From positions 134,330 to 198,329 of the forward strand of contig OY968788.1 of the NCBI GenBank assembly GCA_963695435.1: 64,000 bases of DNA, given 5' to 3'. The position numbers were made by a program, and so were the translations under genes. Position 1 is the stretch's first letter, and every line of letters begins with the position of its first letter. Below, piece by piece: positions 35,575 through 45,181 of the stretch. This DNA is from an uncultured bacterium. Lineage in GTDB: Bacteria > Patescibacteriota > Kazan-3B-28. Under the pieces are notes generated by a model. That model saw only the letters and a list, made by a program, of their open reading frames with translations. It had not been told where the DNA came from and made no database searches.

Positions 35575-36503
35575 ATATTGTAAAAGCGACAAGAGTTTGG
35601 TTGGGAATCTCCTCCGTACTGGTGGTGGCGAGTTTGGTTGTTATTTTCACATTCCGCTATCACTTAGGGACTGATTTTGCTGGTGGTACCGCTTTGGAAG
35701 TACAGACTGGTCCAGCTAGTACCTATCAATTGCCAGCAAATACGGGTATCAACCAATATCTGACTACTACATATAAGGAAGCGACGGGGCAAGATGGGAT
35801 TGTACAGAGTGCCGGAAGCGCGGAGCGGTTTATTTTGCGGAGCAAGACAATTACCAATGACCAGAAAAATGCGTGGCTGACTAAAGCCAAAACAGGTATT
35901 CCTGCTCTCACTGAAATGCAGTTTACCAGCGTGAGTCCGACTGTGGGTGCGGATGTTGTGCGTAAGGCTATCTTAGCGGTAATCGTAGCAATGCTGGCGA
36001 TTCTACTTTATTTGGCATATGCCTTCCGCAAAGTTCCAAAGCCGACTAACTCATGGCGATTTGGTGTGACAGCCGTAGCAGCTTTGCTTGCTCATGACGT
36101 TATTATTTTGCTGGGTGTGTATTCCCTCTTGAGTCATTTCTTTGGAGCGGAAGTGGACAGCATGTTTATTACGGCGCTTCTGACTCTGCTTGGTTTTTCG
36201 GTGCATGACACTATCGTTACTTACGACAGACTACGGGAGAATTTGATTCGCAAAGGTGCTTCTAATTTTGAACAAACAGTAAACGACAGTATTGTGGAAA
36301 CTATTACTCGTTCTATCAACACCACATTTACTTTGGTGCTGGTGCTTCTCGCAATGACATTGATGGGCGGACGGAGTACTTTCTTCTTTACGCTGTCACT
36401 TTTGATTGGTGTGATATTGGGGACTTACTCTTCAATTTTTGTAGCATCACCGCTACTTCTTATGTGGCAAAAGGCGGCTGACCGGCAAAAACCAGTACAG
36501 TAG
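35571..36503 (+). CDS. secF: protein translocase subunit SecF
   Basis: Start ATG overlaps the secD stop (ATGA). GTDFAGGTALEV. Confidence 0.88.
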   Translation: MNIVKATRVWLGISSVLVVASLVVIFTFRYHLGTDFAGGTALEVQTGPASTYQLPANTGINQYLTTTYKEATGQDGIVQSAGSAERFILRSKTITNDQKNAWLTKAKTGIPALTEMQFTSVSPTVGADVVRKAILAVIVAMLAILLYLAYAFRKVPKPTNSWRFGVTAVAALLAHDVIILLGVYSLLSHFFGAEVDSMFITALLTLLGFSVHDTIVTYDRLRENLIRKGASNFEQTVNDSIVETITRSINTTFTLVLVLLAMTLMGGRSTFFFTLSLLIGVILGTYSSIFVASPLLLMWQKAADRQKPVQ

Positions 36504-37138
36504 ATTTTTCTTTTTCTTTATTCTTTTTTGTCATTCTGAACTTATTTCAGAATCTTTTTATTTATTTTTTCCAGCACTCACGCCGTGCTGATGGTGGCGG
36601 TTACTTTTCTAGAAAAGTAACACAAAAGTTCCCGCCAGTCGTCGGGATTGTTCGCCCCTGCCTACCGGTAGGCAGGTAACAAAATTAGCTTTCTTCGCTA
36701 TCGGCAAACTCCCCCGATAGCCATCGGGGTCAAACATGCCTTCGCCTGCGCTAATTTTGTCGGCTCAATACATCCCTCCTCCAATGGCGGACTAAAGAAA
36801 GGATGGGGGATAAAAAACAGTCCTGCACTTGGGGCAGGACTGCTTGGTTCGGGTGGAGATGAGCTACAACCGTATCTGGCGAAAGGCGCGGTGGTACTTT
36901 TCCGAACCAACGGACAAAGGTGCGGCTGTTTTTTGCGATGGGAGGAGTTGGAAATTATTTTTTCCAGAAGTCCAGTGTCGGGTGTGTGAATATCAAGGGG
37001 GGATGAGGGGTAGACCGAGTATCCCTAGCAGGAGGGCTGGTCTACATTGAAGCCGACATTGGAATATCTCCGCACCTAATCGCAAAAATGTGCCGCAATG
37101 AATTGTAGCACTTATCTGATAGTAGGCAATAGAGGGTC
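36504..37138. other. 635-bp non-coding region dense in palindromes/hairpins (candidate structured ncRNA or repeat cluster)
   Basis: No ORF above 75 aa. Hairpins gtcattctgaa..ttcagaatc, gttacttttctagaaaagtaac, cctgcctaccggtaggcagg, cagtcctgcacttggggcaggactg. Confidence 0.4.
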
Positions 37139-37909
37139 TTATTTTGGCGAAATGTGTTCTTCGGTGACTTGGTCAACGGCGTAGCGGTATTTGCAATAAT
37201 CACAGTCAGGATCGGGGTCAGGAATCTCGTCTGACATTAGACAATCCTTTATTTTCACCAGAGTCTGGTCAATCCAGTCGGTTTTACCGATGTAGGGGAT
37301 TACCTTGATGTCGAATTCTAATTTGCCATCAAATGCCGCGAGGTCTTTTTTGCCATTGCAGTAAACAAAGTAGGCGGTATCGGAAACTTCAAATCCGTTT
37401 TTGCGGAAAAGCCATTGGTAGATTTCTACCTGCCGTTTGTAGCCATCTTGCCACTCGGCATCCAATGTTACTTCTTTTTCTTTGCTGGTGGCTTTGTAGT
37501 CCACAATCATTATTTCGCCTTTGGGGTTTACCCAAACATCATCGATGCCGCCGTAAATTTTTAGGTTGGTGGCAGGGTCGATGTATTGAATACCAGAACG
37601 CGCGTTACGCCAGACCTCTAAGTCTTCGTGGGAATATGGTACGGCATCAATCCCATAAGCTGACATCAGTGGATGCGGAGTGCCGTTAGCGCGGTGTATA
37701 TCAAATTCTTTTTTGAGAAGATGATCCACGGCCGAGTTCAAAGTAAAGGGATAGCCCGGTGGCTGACCGACGCCCAAACGAATATCAATATAAAAACAAC
37801 GCGGACATTTGATAAAGTTGTCGATTTTGCTTCGGCTAAGTTTTTGAGGGGTTTCCCCGTTTGGATCAAAGAGGTCTCGGGTACGTTTTCCTGTGTAGTA
37901 TTCAGACAT
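37139..37909 (-). CDS. Cas4/RecB-like PD-(D/E)xK nuclease with Cys clusters
   Basis: GIDDVWVNPKGEIMIVDYKATSK (D...DYK nuclease motif). N-terminal CPRC and C-terminal CDYC cysteines. Confidence 0.6.
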   Translation of the reverse strand: MSEYYTGKRTRDLFDPNGETPQKLSRSKIDNFIKCPRCFYIDIRLGVGQPPGYPFTLNSAVDHLLKKEFDIHRANGTPHPLMSAYGIDAVPYSHEDLEVWRNARSGIQYIDPATNLKIYGGIDDVWVNPKGEIMIVDYKATSKEKEVTLDAEWQDGYKRQVEIYQWLFRKNGFEVSDTAYFVYCNGKKDLAAFDGKLEFDIKVIPYIGKTDWIDQTLVKIKDCLMSDEIPDPDPDCDYCKYRYAVDQVTEEHISPK

Positions 37910-37980
37910 GATGACTCCTTAAAATTTACGCTTTCATATCATATCACACCCCTTGAGGCGGTATGATAATATAACAAGGT

Positions 37981-39255
37981 ATGGGAAGGAGTTTTCAAAA
38001 GCCGAGGGGGACACAAGATATTCTGCCGAGCGAGCAGAAGTATTGGATGTTTGTGGAAGATACTTTTCGGGAGATGATGCTCGCGGCGGGTTTTGGGAAA
38101 ATTGCTACTCCAACATTTGAAGATACGGATTTGTTTACTCGCGGTGTTGGTGAAGTGACTGACATTGTGAGCAAAGAAATGTATACCTTTAAGGACAGAG
38201 GCGGTAATTCAGTTACTTTGCGTCCTGAAGGAACAGCGGGTGTGGCGCGGGCGTACATTGAGCACGGTATGCATAAAGAACCGCAGCCAGTGAAATTATT
38301 TTATTTTGGACAGATGTTTCGTTATGATCGCCCGCAGGCGGGAAGATTCAGAGAGTTCTATCAAGCGGGTGCGGAACTATTCGGCGAATTGGACCCAACA
38401 ACCGACGCGCAGATGATTGCGGTGATGATGAAGTTTTATGAAAAGTTGGGACTAAAAGATTTGAAAGTGCGGGTGAACAGTATTGGGGACACGCGAAGTC
38501 GGACAAAAATAAATAAAGCATTGATTGATTTTTTGTCCGCACACAGACGCAGGCTTTGTAATGACTGCAAAATCAGACTCTCGAAAAATCCGCTTCGGGT
38601 GCTGGATTGTAAGGAAAAGGGGTGTCAGGCAATTTTGGATGAGGCGGGGAGTGTCTTGTTGGATAGTCTAACGCCGGATTCGCGTAATTTCTTTACGAAA
38701 GTTTTAGAATATTTGGACGACATGGGTGTGAATTATGAATTGACTCCGCGACTTGTTAGGGGATTGGATTATTACACACACACAGTTTTTGAAGTTATAA
38801 GTAAGGATGACAATAATGCGTTGGGTGGCGGCGGACGGTATGACGGATTATTGAAAATGCTGGGCGGCCCGGATATTCCCGCGGTGGGATTTGCGGTGGG
38901 GATTGAACGCACAATTGAACTACTCAAAAAACAAGCGGTCAAAGTTCCTGAACCTGCAATGAGTGATATTTTTGTGGCACAGCTTGGTGATGAAGCAAAG
39001 AAGAAAGCGATAAAAGTAATTACGCAAGTGCAGGATGCGGGATTCCGAGTAGCGCACGCGTTGGGCAGAGAAAGCATCAAAGGACAATTGCGGGTGGCGG
39101 ACAGACTGGGAACCAAAATTGCTATTATTATTGGGGAGAGAGAAGTCCACGATGGGAGCGTAATAATTAGAGATTTGAAGGATGGGACACAAGAGTCGGT
39201 GCTAGACAGAAATCTGGTGAAAGCCATCCAGCGTAAGTTGAAGGAGAAAAAATGA
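37981..39255 (+). CDS. hisS: histidyl-tRNA synthetase
   Basis: Class II motifs: TLRPEGTAG, FRYDRPQAGRFREFYQ, GGGRYD. Confidence 0.92.
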   Translation: MGRSFQKPRGTQDILPSEQKYWMFVEDTFREMMLAAGFGKIATPTFEDTDLFTRGVGEVTDIVSKEMYTFKDRGGNSVTLRPEGTAGVARAYIEHGMHKEPQPVKLFYFGQMFRYDRPQAGRFREFYQAGAELFGELDPTTDAQMIAVMMKFYEKLGLKDLKVRVNSIGDTRSRTKINKALIDFLSAHRRRLCNDCKIRLSKNPLRVLDCKEKGCQAILDEAGSVLLDSLTPDSRNFFTKVLEYLDDMGVNYELTPRLVRGLDYYTHTVFEVISKDDNNALGGGGRYDGLLKMLGGPDIPAVGFAVGIERTIELLKKQAVKVPEPAMSDIFVAQLGDEAKKKAIKVITQVQDAGFRVAHALGRESIKGQLRVADRLGTKIAIIIGEREVHDGSVIIRDLKDGTQESVLDRNLVKAIQRKLKEKK

Positions 39256-39575
39256 ACGATGACAAGTGGGGAGAATTATTAGACCGAATTAAAGACCAGT
39301 TCGGTATTTTGGAAGAAGGTGATGAGCCTATTCCCGACATGCCAAGCGGGCGAAGAGAGTTTGTTGTTTTTGAAGGACCGATGGGGAAAATGATGTTGGA
39401 ACGGACGACAAAACCAAGAGTGATGGGCGAAAAAAGTTTTGGCGGAAGTAAATATGGGACAGGAAGTGGAGTAGAAAAGATTTATTCGCCAGACGAAACA
39501 GTAAAGATAATGAAAGCGTATAAATTTGTTGGGGAAGATTGGGAAGAAGTAAGAGCGGATAATTTTACGATGTAG
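39252..39575 (+). CDS. hypothetical protein (107 aa)
   Basis: ORF overlapping hisS stop (ATGA). No recognisable domain. Confidence 0.5.
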   Translation: MNDDKWGELLDRIKDQFGILEEGDEPIPDMPSGRREFVVFEGPMGKMMLERTTKPRVMGEKSFGGSKYGTGSGVEKIYSPDETVKIMKAYKFVGEDWEEVRADNFTM

Positions 39576-39580
39576 AAAAT

Positions 39581-39946
39581 ATGGAAGATTGTATTTTTGC
39601 GAAATTTGCACGGGGGGAAATAAAACCGGACAAGATTCGGTATGAGGATGATGAGATTTTAGCTTTTGATGATATTCATCCCAAAGCGCCGACTCATATT
39701 TTGATATTGCCGAAAAAGCCGATTCAAGGGGTCGCTCAGATGGAGGCGGGGGATGAGGTGCTTGTTGGCAAGATGGTTTATCGGGCAAAACTGCTGGCGG
39801 AGGAAATGGGAATAGCCGAAAACGGTTATCGACTGACTATCAATGTCGGGAAGTGGGGAGGGCAGGAAGTTCCCTATCTCCATATTCATCTGTTGGGCGG
39901 AGCGCCCCTGAATCCAGATATAGAGCATTTAAGCTCCGCGAGCTAA
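39581..39946 (+). CDS. HIT-family (histidine triad) protein
   Basis: HLHIHLLGG histidine triad. Confidence 0.85.
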   Translation: MEDCIFAKFARGEIKPDKIRYEDDEILAFDDIHPKAPTHILILPKKPIQGVAQMEAGDEVLVGKMVYRAKLLAEEMGIAENGYRLTINVGKWGGQEVPYLHIHLLGGAPLNPDIEHLSSAS

Positions 39947-39987
39947 AAACTCTTGCCATATCTGATGTAAGGAGGTATTATTTTGGC

Positions 39988-40191
39988 ATGTCAACTTTCG
40001 TAAAAAAGAAGGAACGGGAGAGCTTCGACGCTATGCTGCGGCGGTTCAATCGGATGGTAATGTCCAGTAAGGTGCTGGCGGAATACAAAGAACGCCGGTT
40101 TTTTGCTAAACCAACCTCTAAGAGAGAGCTGAAATCAACGGCTTTGCGGAGAGAGAAAATCCGCGTACAAAAGCAGAAGGAACTGTATTAG
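39988..40191 (+). CDS. rpsU: 30S ribosomal protein S21
   Basis: ESFDAMLRRFNRMVMSSKVLAEYKERRFFAKPTSKRE. aggagg RBS upstream. Confidence 0.85.
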   Translation: MSTFVKKKERESFDAMLRRFNRMVMSSKVLAEYKERRFFAKPTSKRELKSTALRREKIRVQKQKELY

Positions 40192-40298
40192 CTCTTGAGG
40201 AAAGAACGAGGGCGTGTTCTTCCCTCAACGGTCAGTCGGCTAAGCCGAGTTTCGCAAGCGAAACCAAGCTGACCTGCTCTCATCTCCACCCTAAAGAG
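40192..40298 (+). repeat. family G diverged copy 3 (directly after rpsU stop)
   Basis: ctcttgaggaaagaacgagggcgtgttcttccctcaacgg...gagtttcgcaagcgaaac...gctctcatctccaccctaaaga parallels the G1/G2 hairpin layout. Confidence 0.65.
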
Positions 40299-40343
40299 AT
40301 AGATGACGAGTTTACAGCTTCCCCTCCTTTTTAGAAAATAACA

Positions 40344-40790
40344 ATGGGATTGAAGGAACAAATTACGGGAGAGATGAAGGAAGCGATGAAGGCGGGAGAC
40401 GCCTTGAGGCTTTCAACTTTGCGTATGTTAATTGCGGCGTTCAATAATATGGAAATTGAGAAACGGGCGCAGGGAGTTGAACATCCAGAAGAAAAAGATT
40501 ATCAGGCAGTAATAAAGAAAGAAGTGAAGAAGCGCCAAGAAGCAATTGAGGCGTACAAAATGGCGGGACGAATTGAATCGCAAGAACAAGAAGAAAAAGA
40601 ATTGAAAATGCTGTCAGTTTATTTGCCTGAAGAAATGAGTGAAACGGAAGTAAAAGTGGTAGTGGATGCGGTAATTTCCGAAATGGGAGTTGGTAATATG
40701 GGAGCAATTATCGGAGAAGTGAAGAAAAGAACCGATGGTCGCGCAGATGGCGGGATGATAGCCAAACTGGTGAAAGAAAAATTAGGGTAG
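40344..40790 (+). CDS. GatB/YqeY domain protein
   Basis: YqeY pattern EAMKAGD..RLSTLRML, and conserved linkage after rpsU. Confidence 0.8.
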   Translation: MGLKEQITGEMKEAMKAGDALRLSTLRMLIAAFNNMEIEKRAQGVEHPEEKDYQAVIKKEVKKRQEAIEAYKMAGRIESQEQEEKELKMLSVYLPEEMSETEVKVVVDAVISEMGVGNMGAIIGEVKKRTDGRADGGMIAKLVKEKLG

Positions 40791-40792
40791 CA

Positions 40793-41251
40793 ATGGCAAG
40801 AGTTTATGTTGGCTACGAGACTTATGGATTGGAAAGCATTGATGATGAGCTTGTCCAGTTTATTTTTGATGTAGTAATTAGTTTGACCAAGCTTGATTCT
40901 GAAAGTGAAGCAGGATTGATATTGGCGACAGACAAACGGATGTGGGAACTGAATAAAAAATATCGGGACAAGGACACTCTCGCTAATATTTTGACATTTA
41001 CATATGCGGAATCTACTCCGAAAGAAATGAGGAGCACGGAGGATAAAAATTATTTGGGAGATATTTTCATTTCTCGGGCGGAGCTGATTCGTGAAGCAAA
41101 GGCACAAAAAATATCCAACAAAGAGAGATTTGTCCATTTGTTCGCTCATGGACTGCTTCATTTGGCTGGAATCCACCACCCCAACGAGCGTGCTGCGGTG
41201 AAGATGGAAAAACTCGAAGATAAGGTGATAGAGCTGGTTTTATCAGCTTGA
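40793..41251 (+). CDS. ybeY: rRNA maturation RNase YbeY
   Basis: HGLLHLAGIHH metal-binding motif. Confidence 0.85.
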   Translation: MARVYVGYETYGLESIDDELVQFIFDVVISLTKLDSESEAGLILATDKRMWELNKKYRDKDTLANILTFTYAESTPKEMRSTEDKNYLGDIFISRAELIREAKAQKISNKERFVHLFAHGLLHLAGIHHPNERAAVKMEKLEDKVIELVLSA

Positions 41252-41302
41252 ACCGTTGCCAAGCCCGTTCCATAGGATAGAATAGGGACAGGTTTCAGCA
41301 TG

Positions 41303-41450
41303 CCCCGTAGAGAAATTTAGAACGTCTTGGGCGTAGATTATATTCTCTGATGGGGAAATACAACCACAACTGGTTTGTAATGCTATAGTTGAAGGTTCAT
41401 ACATGTCCAAGCCGAGTGAGAGAATATAATTTCTAAATTCTTCTACGGGG
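41303..41450 (+). repeat. family F copy 2, forming the leader of ftsA
   Basis: ccccgtagagaaatttagaacgtcttgggcgtagattatattctct...gagagaatataatttctaaattcttctacgggg. The last g is the first base of the GTG start at 41450. Confidence 0.75.
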
Positions 41451-42670
41451 TGAAAGAGAAAATTGCTGTTGGTATAGACATCGGCGATTCTAAAGTGGTG
41501 ACAGTAATTGGTCACCGTGCCGAAGGTGAAATACACCCCAGTGTTGTGGGAGTGAGTATTCATGAAGGTTCAGGAATGCGGCGTGGTGTGGTGACGGACG
41601 TAGAAGAAGCAGTATCAGCAATTGCAAGTTCGATTGAAGAAGCGGAACGAATGGCGGGATTGCCTGCAGAAGCGGTTTACATCTCACTTGTGGGTGACCA
41701 CATCAATGCAACTAATAATAAAGGATTGGTGACGATTGCGCGGGGTAGAGAAGAAATTACTTACGAAGATGTTGTGCGGGTAAGAGAAGTGGCGCAGTCA
41801 GTGCCAATGTCGGTCAATCGGGAAATTTTGCATGTTATTTCCAAAACCTACACGGTGGACGGGCAGGACGGTATCAAGGACCCGGTGGGGATGTCGGGGG
41901 TGAGGTTGGAGGTGGATGCTCATGTGATTACTGGTTCAACTCCTTTTATCAAGAATATTAGGAAGACGGCAGAGCAGGCGGGGGTGGCAGTTGCTGGTTT
42001 TGTTTTAGGTCCATTGGCCGCCGCTAAGGCGGTACTTTCAAAAAAGCAGAAAGAACTGGGAGTGGCGCTGATCGATATTGGCGCAAGTACAACCGGGATG
42101 GTGGTTTTTGAAGAGGGTGGGATTTATCATTCGGCAGTGCTTCCCATTGGTTCCGATCATTTGACTCATGATATTGCGATTGGTTTGAGAGTTTCGTTAG
42201 ACACGGCGGAGAAAATAAAATTGGAATACGGTGTGGCTAGCCCGGTTATGTTATCGGACAAAGACACAATTGATTTATCTAAAATTGATAAAGATGAAGA
42301 ACAGATAATTTCGCGCAGATATGTTGCCGATATTATTGAAGCAAGATTGGCGGAATTATTTTTGATGATAAAGTCGGAGTTACGGAAAGTCGGTCGCGAC
42401 GGCGTATTACCAGCCGGAGCGGTGTTGGTGGGCGGAGGAGCGAAGTTGGCCGGGATTGTTGAATCAGCCAAAAGTCACCTCGGTCTTCCCACACAACTGG
42501 GTTTTCCAGTCGAATTGAAGGGGATGGTTGACAAACTAGATGACCCCCGGTTCGCGACCGCCATCGGATGCATGCTGTGGGGTATGGATGAGGACAGTAG
42601 CCAGAGCAATTTCCCAACTTTGGATTTTGCGGCGATCGTCTCTCGGATAAAAAACATCTTCACCAAATAA
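41450..42670 (+). CDS. ftsA: cell division protein FtsA
   Basis: Actin-like fold motifs VGIDIGDSKV, LIDIGASTTGMVVFE. Confidence 0.88.
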   Translation: MKEKIAVGIDIGDSKVVTVIGHRAEGEIHPSVVGVSIHEGSGMRRGVVTDVEEAVSAIASSIEEAERMAGLPAEAVYISLVGDHINATNNKGLVTIARGREEITYEDVVRVREVAQSVPMSVNREILHVISKTYTVDGQDGIKDPVGMSGVRLEVDAHVITGSTPFIKNIRKTAEQAGVAVAGFVLGPLAAAKAVLSKKQKELGVALIDIGASTTGMVVFEEGGIYHSAVLPIGSDHLTHDIAIGLRVSLDTAEKIKLEYGVASPVMLSDKDTIDLSKIDKDEEQIISRRYVADIIEARLAELFLMIKSELRKVGRDGVLPAGAVLVGGGAKLAGIVESAKSHLGLPTQLGFPVELKGMVDKLDDPRFATAIGCMLWGMDEDSSQSNFPTLDFAAIVSRIKNIFTK

Positions 42671-42711
42671 ATCCGCGCTAGTCGCGGGTTAGGGGGCAGG
42701 GAGGAAGAGGC

Positions 42712-42735
42712 GTAGTTTGACATTGTCAAACTACG
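42712..42735. promoter_or_regulatory. perfect palindrome gtagtttgac-attg-gtcaaactac containing ttgaca; putative ftsZ promoter/operator
   Basis: Followed by tgtacaat (-10-like). Confidence 0.4.
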
Positions 42736-42815
42736 GTTTGTACAATGCTTGGTTGTAAACTTTTGTTTACCACAGATATATTAGTTTTTGTTAAGGGAGG
42801 TCGAAAGATAGGATA

Positions 42816-43919
42816 ATGGCAACCAAAAAACGGACCATGAGTGCGAACATTGCGTCGGACACCTTTGAAGAGGCGGATGTTTTTGCACGAATTAAGGTTG
42901 TCGGTGTGGGCGGCTCCGGCTGCCACGCGGTGAATCGAATGATTCAATCCAGAATCAAGGGGGTAGAATTCGTCGCGGTAAACACAGACGCGCAGGATCT
43001 GCATCACAATGATGCGCCTGTTAGGGTTCAGATTGGCCAAACCACTACCCGTGGTCTTGGCGCCGGCTCGGACCCTGAGCTGGGACGGAAGTCAGCGGAA
43101 GAGGACAAGGAAGCTATCTACACAGCGCTGAAAGATGCCGACATGGTTTTTGTGACCTGCGGCATGGGTGGCGGCACCGGTACAGGTGCTGCGCCGATCG
43201 TGGCAGAAATCGCCAAAGAGTTGGGTGCGCTGACGGTGGCGGTAGTGACGAAGCCGTTCTCGTTCGAGGGTATGCGGCGTAAGCGGGTAGGTGACGAAGG
43301 TATTCAGGAGCTGCAAAGCAGAGTGGATACTCTAATCACTATTCCAAACGACCGACTGCTCCAAGTTATCGATAAGAAAACATCACTATACGATGCTTTC
43401 TCTGTGGTGGATGACATTCTCCGCCAAGGTGTGCAGGGTATTTCAGATTTGATTACCATGCACGGGATGATCAACGTCGACTTTGCTGATGTGAAGACGA
43501 TTATGCAGAATGCCGGAAGCGCTTTGATGGGAATCGGGCGTGGTACTGGCGATAATCGTGCACTCGAGGCTGCAAAGATGGCGATTGATTCACCTTTGCT
43601 GGAATTGTCCATTGATGGCGCGAAGGGAATTCTGTTCAACATTACCGGTGGCCCGGATATGTCGATGTATGAAATCGACGAGGCTGCTCGGGTGATTACC
43701 GAAGCGTCTGACCCGGATGCTAACATCATCTTTGGTGCGGTAGTAGACGAAGCGATGCAGGGTGAAATTAAAATTACCGTTATCGCAACGGGGTTTGATG
43801 AAGCCTACACCCAAAGACGGAAGATGGAGGTGAAACCGGCGGTGAAGATGGAACATTCTAGAGAAGACGACAGGGATGAGTTAGATGTCCCCGCCTTCAT
43901 TCGTAAAAAAATTAAATAA
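42816..43919 (+). CDS. ftsZ: cell division protein FtsZ
   Basis: [31 protein letters not shown] tubulin signature. Confidence 0.95.
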   Translation: MATKKRTMSANIASDTFEEADVFARIKVVGVGGSGCHAVNRMIQSRIKGVEFVAVNTDAQDLHHNDAPVRVQIGQTTTRGLGAGSDPELGRKSAEEDKEAIYTALKDADMVFVTCGMGGGTGTGAAPIVAEIAKELGALTVAVVTKPFSFEGMRRKRVGDEGIQELQSRVDTLITIPNDRLLQVIDKKTSLYDAFSVVDDILRQGVQGISDLITMHGMINVDFADVKTIMQNAGSALMGIGRGTGDNRALEAAKMAIDSPLLELSIDGAKGILFNITGGPDMSMYEIDEAARVITEASDPDANIIFGAVVDEAMQGEIKITVIATGFDEAYTQRRKMEVKPAVKMEHSREDDRDELDVPAFIRKKIK

Positions 43920-43940
43920 ATATTATAGTGCGATTACATC

Positions 43941-43975
43941 GCGAGAGACGACCGCTAATTGGCGGTCGTTTTCTT
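43941..43975 (+). terminator. rho-independent terminator
   Basis: gagacgaccgctaattggcggtcgttttcttttt. Confidence 0.7.
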
Positions 43976-44057
43976 TTTATTTAATTGTTTTGAAGCGCCG
44001 AATCGCGCTTCAGCGATTGTTACTTTCCGCTTGAGGAAAGTAACCAAAGTCGCTCCC
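43975..44057. repeat. family A copy 2 (two-hairpin element)
   Basis: tttatttaattgttttgaagcgccgaatcgcgcttcagcgattgttactttccgcttgaggaaagtaaccaaagtcgct is near-identical to 5452-5535. Confidence 0.85.
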
Positions 44058-44250
44058 CACTCACAAATTGCTATCCAAAATAGAAAATCAGACCTTTCTG
44101 GACTATACGCTATACTCGCTACGCTCAAACAACGCTATCCATACCGGCTGATTTTCTAATTGGATAACGCAATTTGCTCGATGGGGTTGGGACAAAGGAG
44201 AAAGCCCGGCGCGGAGACGCAGGGCTTTGAGGAATGCAGGTTTGGGCATG

Positions 44251-44448
44251 TTAGCCGGCACCCCAGTGCCAGTGTGGTGATACTGGTGGATTTCCTGTTA
44301 CTACGTCTAGCTGGTAGAGGCCTAGACATATTAGGATGACTGTAGCAAAGAGCCCGATGTTATAAGCCCAATTGACCCACTTTGCCTTGCCGAGTAGGGG
44401 CATCAGCAATAAGAGACCTGCTGACATGGTCAGCGCAACAATGTTCAT
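44251..44448 (-). CDS. small hydrophobic membrane protein (65 aa), hypothetical
   Basis: Two TM helices. Downstream hairpin on this strand (aagcccggcgcggagacgcagggctt). Confidence 0.4.
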   Translation of the reverse strand: MNIVALTMSAGLLLLMPLLGKAKWVNWAYNIGLFATVILICLGLYQLDVVTGNPPVSPHWHWGAG

Positions 44449-44687
44449 GATTGACTCCGATGGTACAAATTCATCAGCAGTGTAAGGGAGGGTGGGGATA
44501 AAAGCAAGGGATAGGTGGTGTGAGAGCTGATTTAGGGTAGTACAAGATATAGGGGTATTATTAGTCTTACATACACAACATACGGTAGAGAGTAGAGTTT
44601 AGAGAGTAGAGTCTGGCTGGTAACTCTTGGAACTTGTTTGTAAATTTTTCTCTATTCTCTCGTCTCTGTTCTCTAATCTCTAATTTT

Positions 44688-45167
44688 ATGAAGTGCCCGC
44701 AGTGTGGTGACTTAAATAGCGCGGTAGTGGATTCCCGCGAGGCAGAAGACAGCGCTACTGTTCGGCGTCGGCGAGAGTGTGTGAAGTGTCAGTTTCGATT
44801 TACAACTTATGAAAGAGCGGAGCAGTCGCGATTGATGGTGGTAAAGCGAGACGGCACACGGGAATTGTTTGAACGGGAAAAAATGGCGGCGGGGATTTAT
44901 AAAGCATTTCATAAACGGCCATTGTCCGCGGCGGACATTGAAAAAGTAATTGATGATATTGAGCGGGAGATTTACGAATTGAATCGGGAGGAAGTCCCAT
45001 CTTCGGATGTTGGAGAAATGGTTATCAAAAAATTGGAACAAGTGGACGGTGTGGCATACATTCGCTTTGCCGCGGTGTATCGAAAATTTACGGACTTAGA
45101 AACTTTTGATAAAGAAATTAAAAAAATGATTGAAAAGCAAAATAAAAAAACTATATCAAATAATTAA
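44688..45167 (+). CDS. nrdR: transcriptional repressor NrdR
   Basis: MKCPQCGD...CVKC zinc ribbon plus ATP-cone (MVVKRDGTRELFEREK). Confidence 0.9.
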   Translation: MKCPQCGDLNSAVVDSREAEDSATVRRRRECVKCQFRFTTYERAEQSRLMVVKRDGTRELFEREKMAAGIYKAFHKRPLSAADIEKVIDDIEREIYELNREEVPSSDVGEMVIKKLEQVDGVAYIRFAAVYRKFTDLETFDKEIKKMIEKQNKKTISNN

Positions 45168-45181
45168 AAACGATTTTCAGA

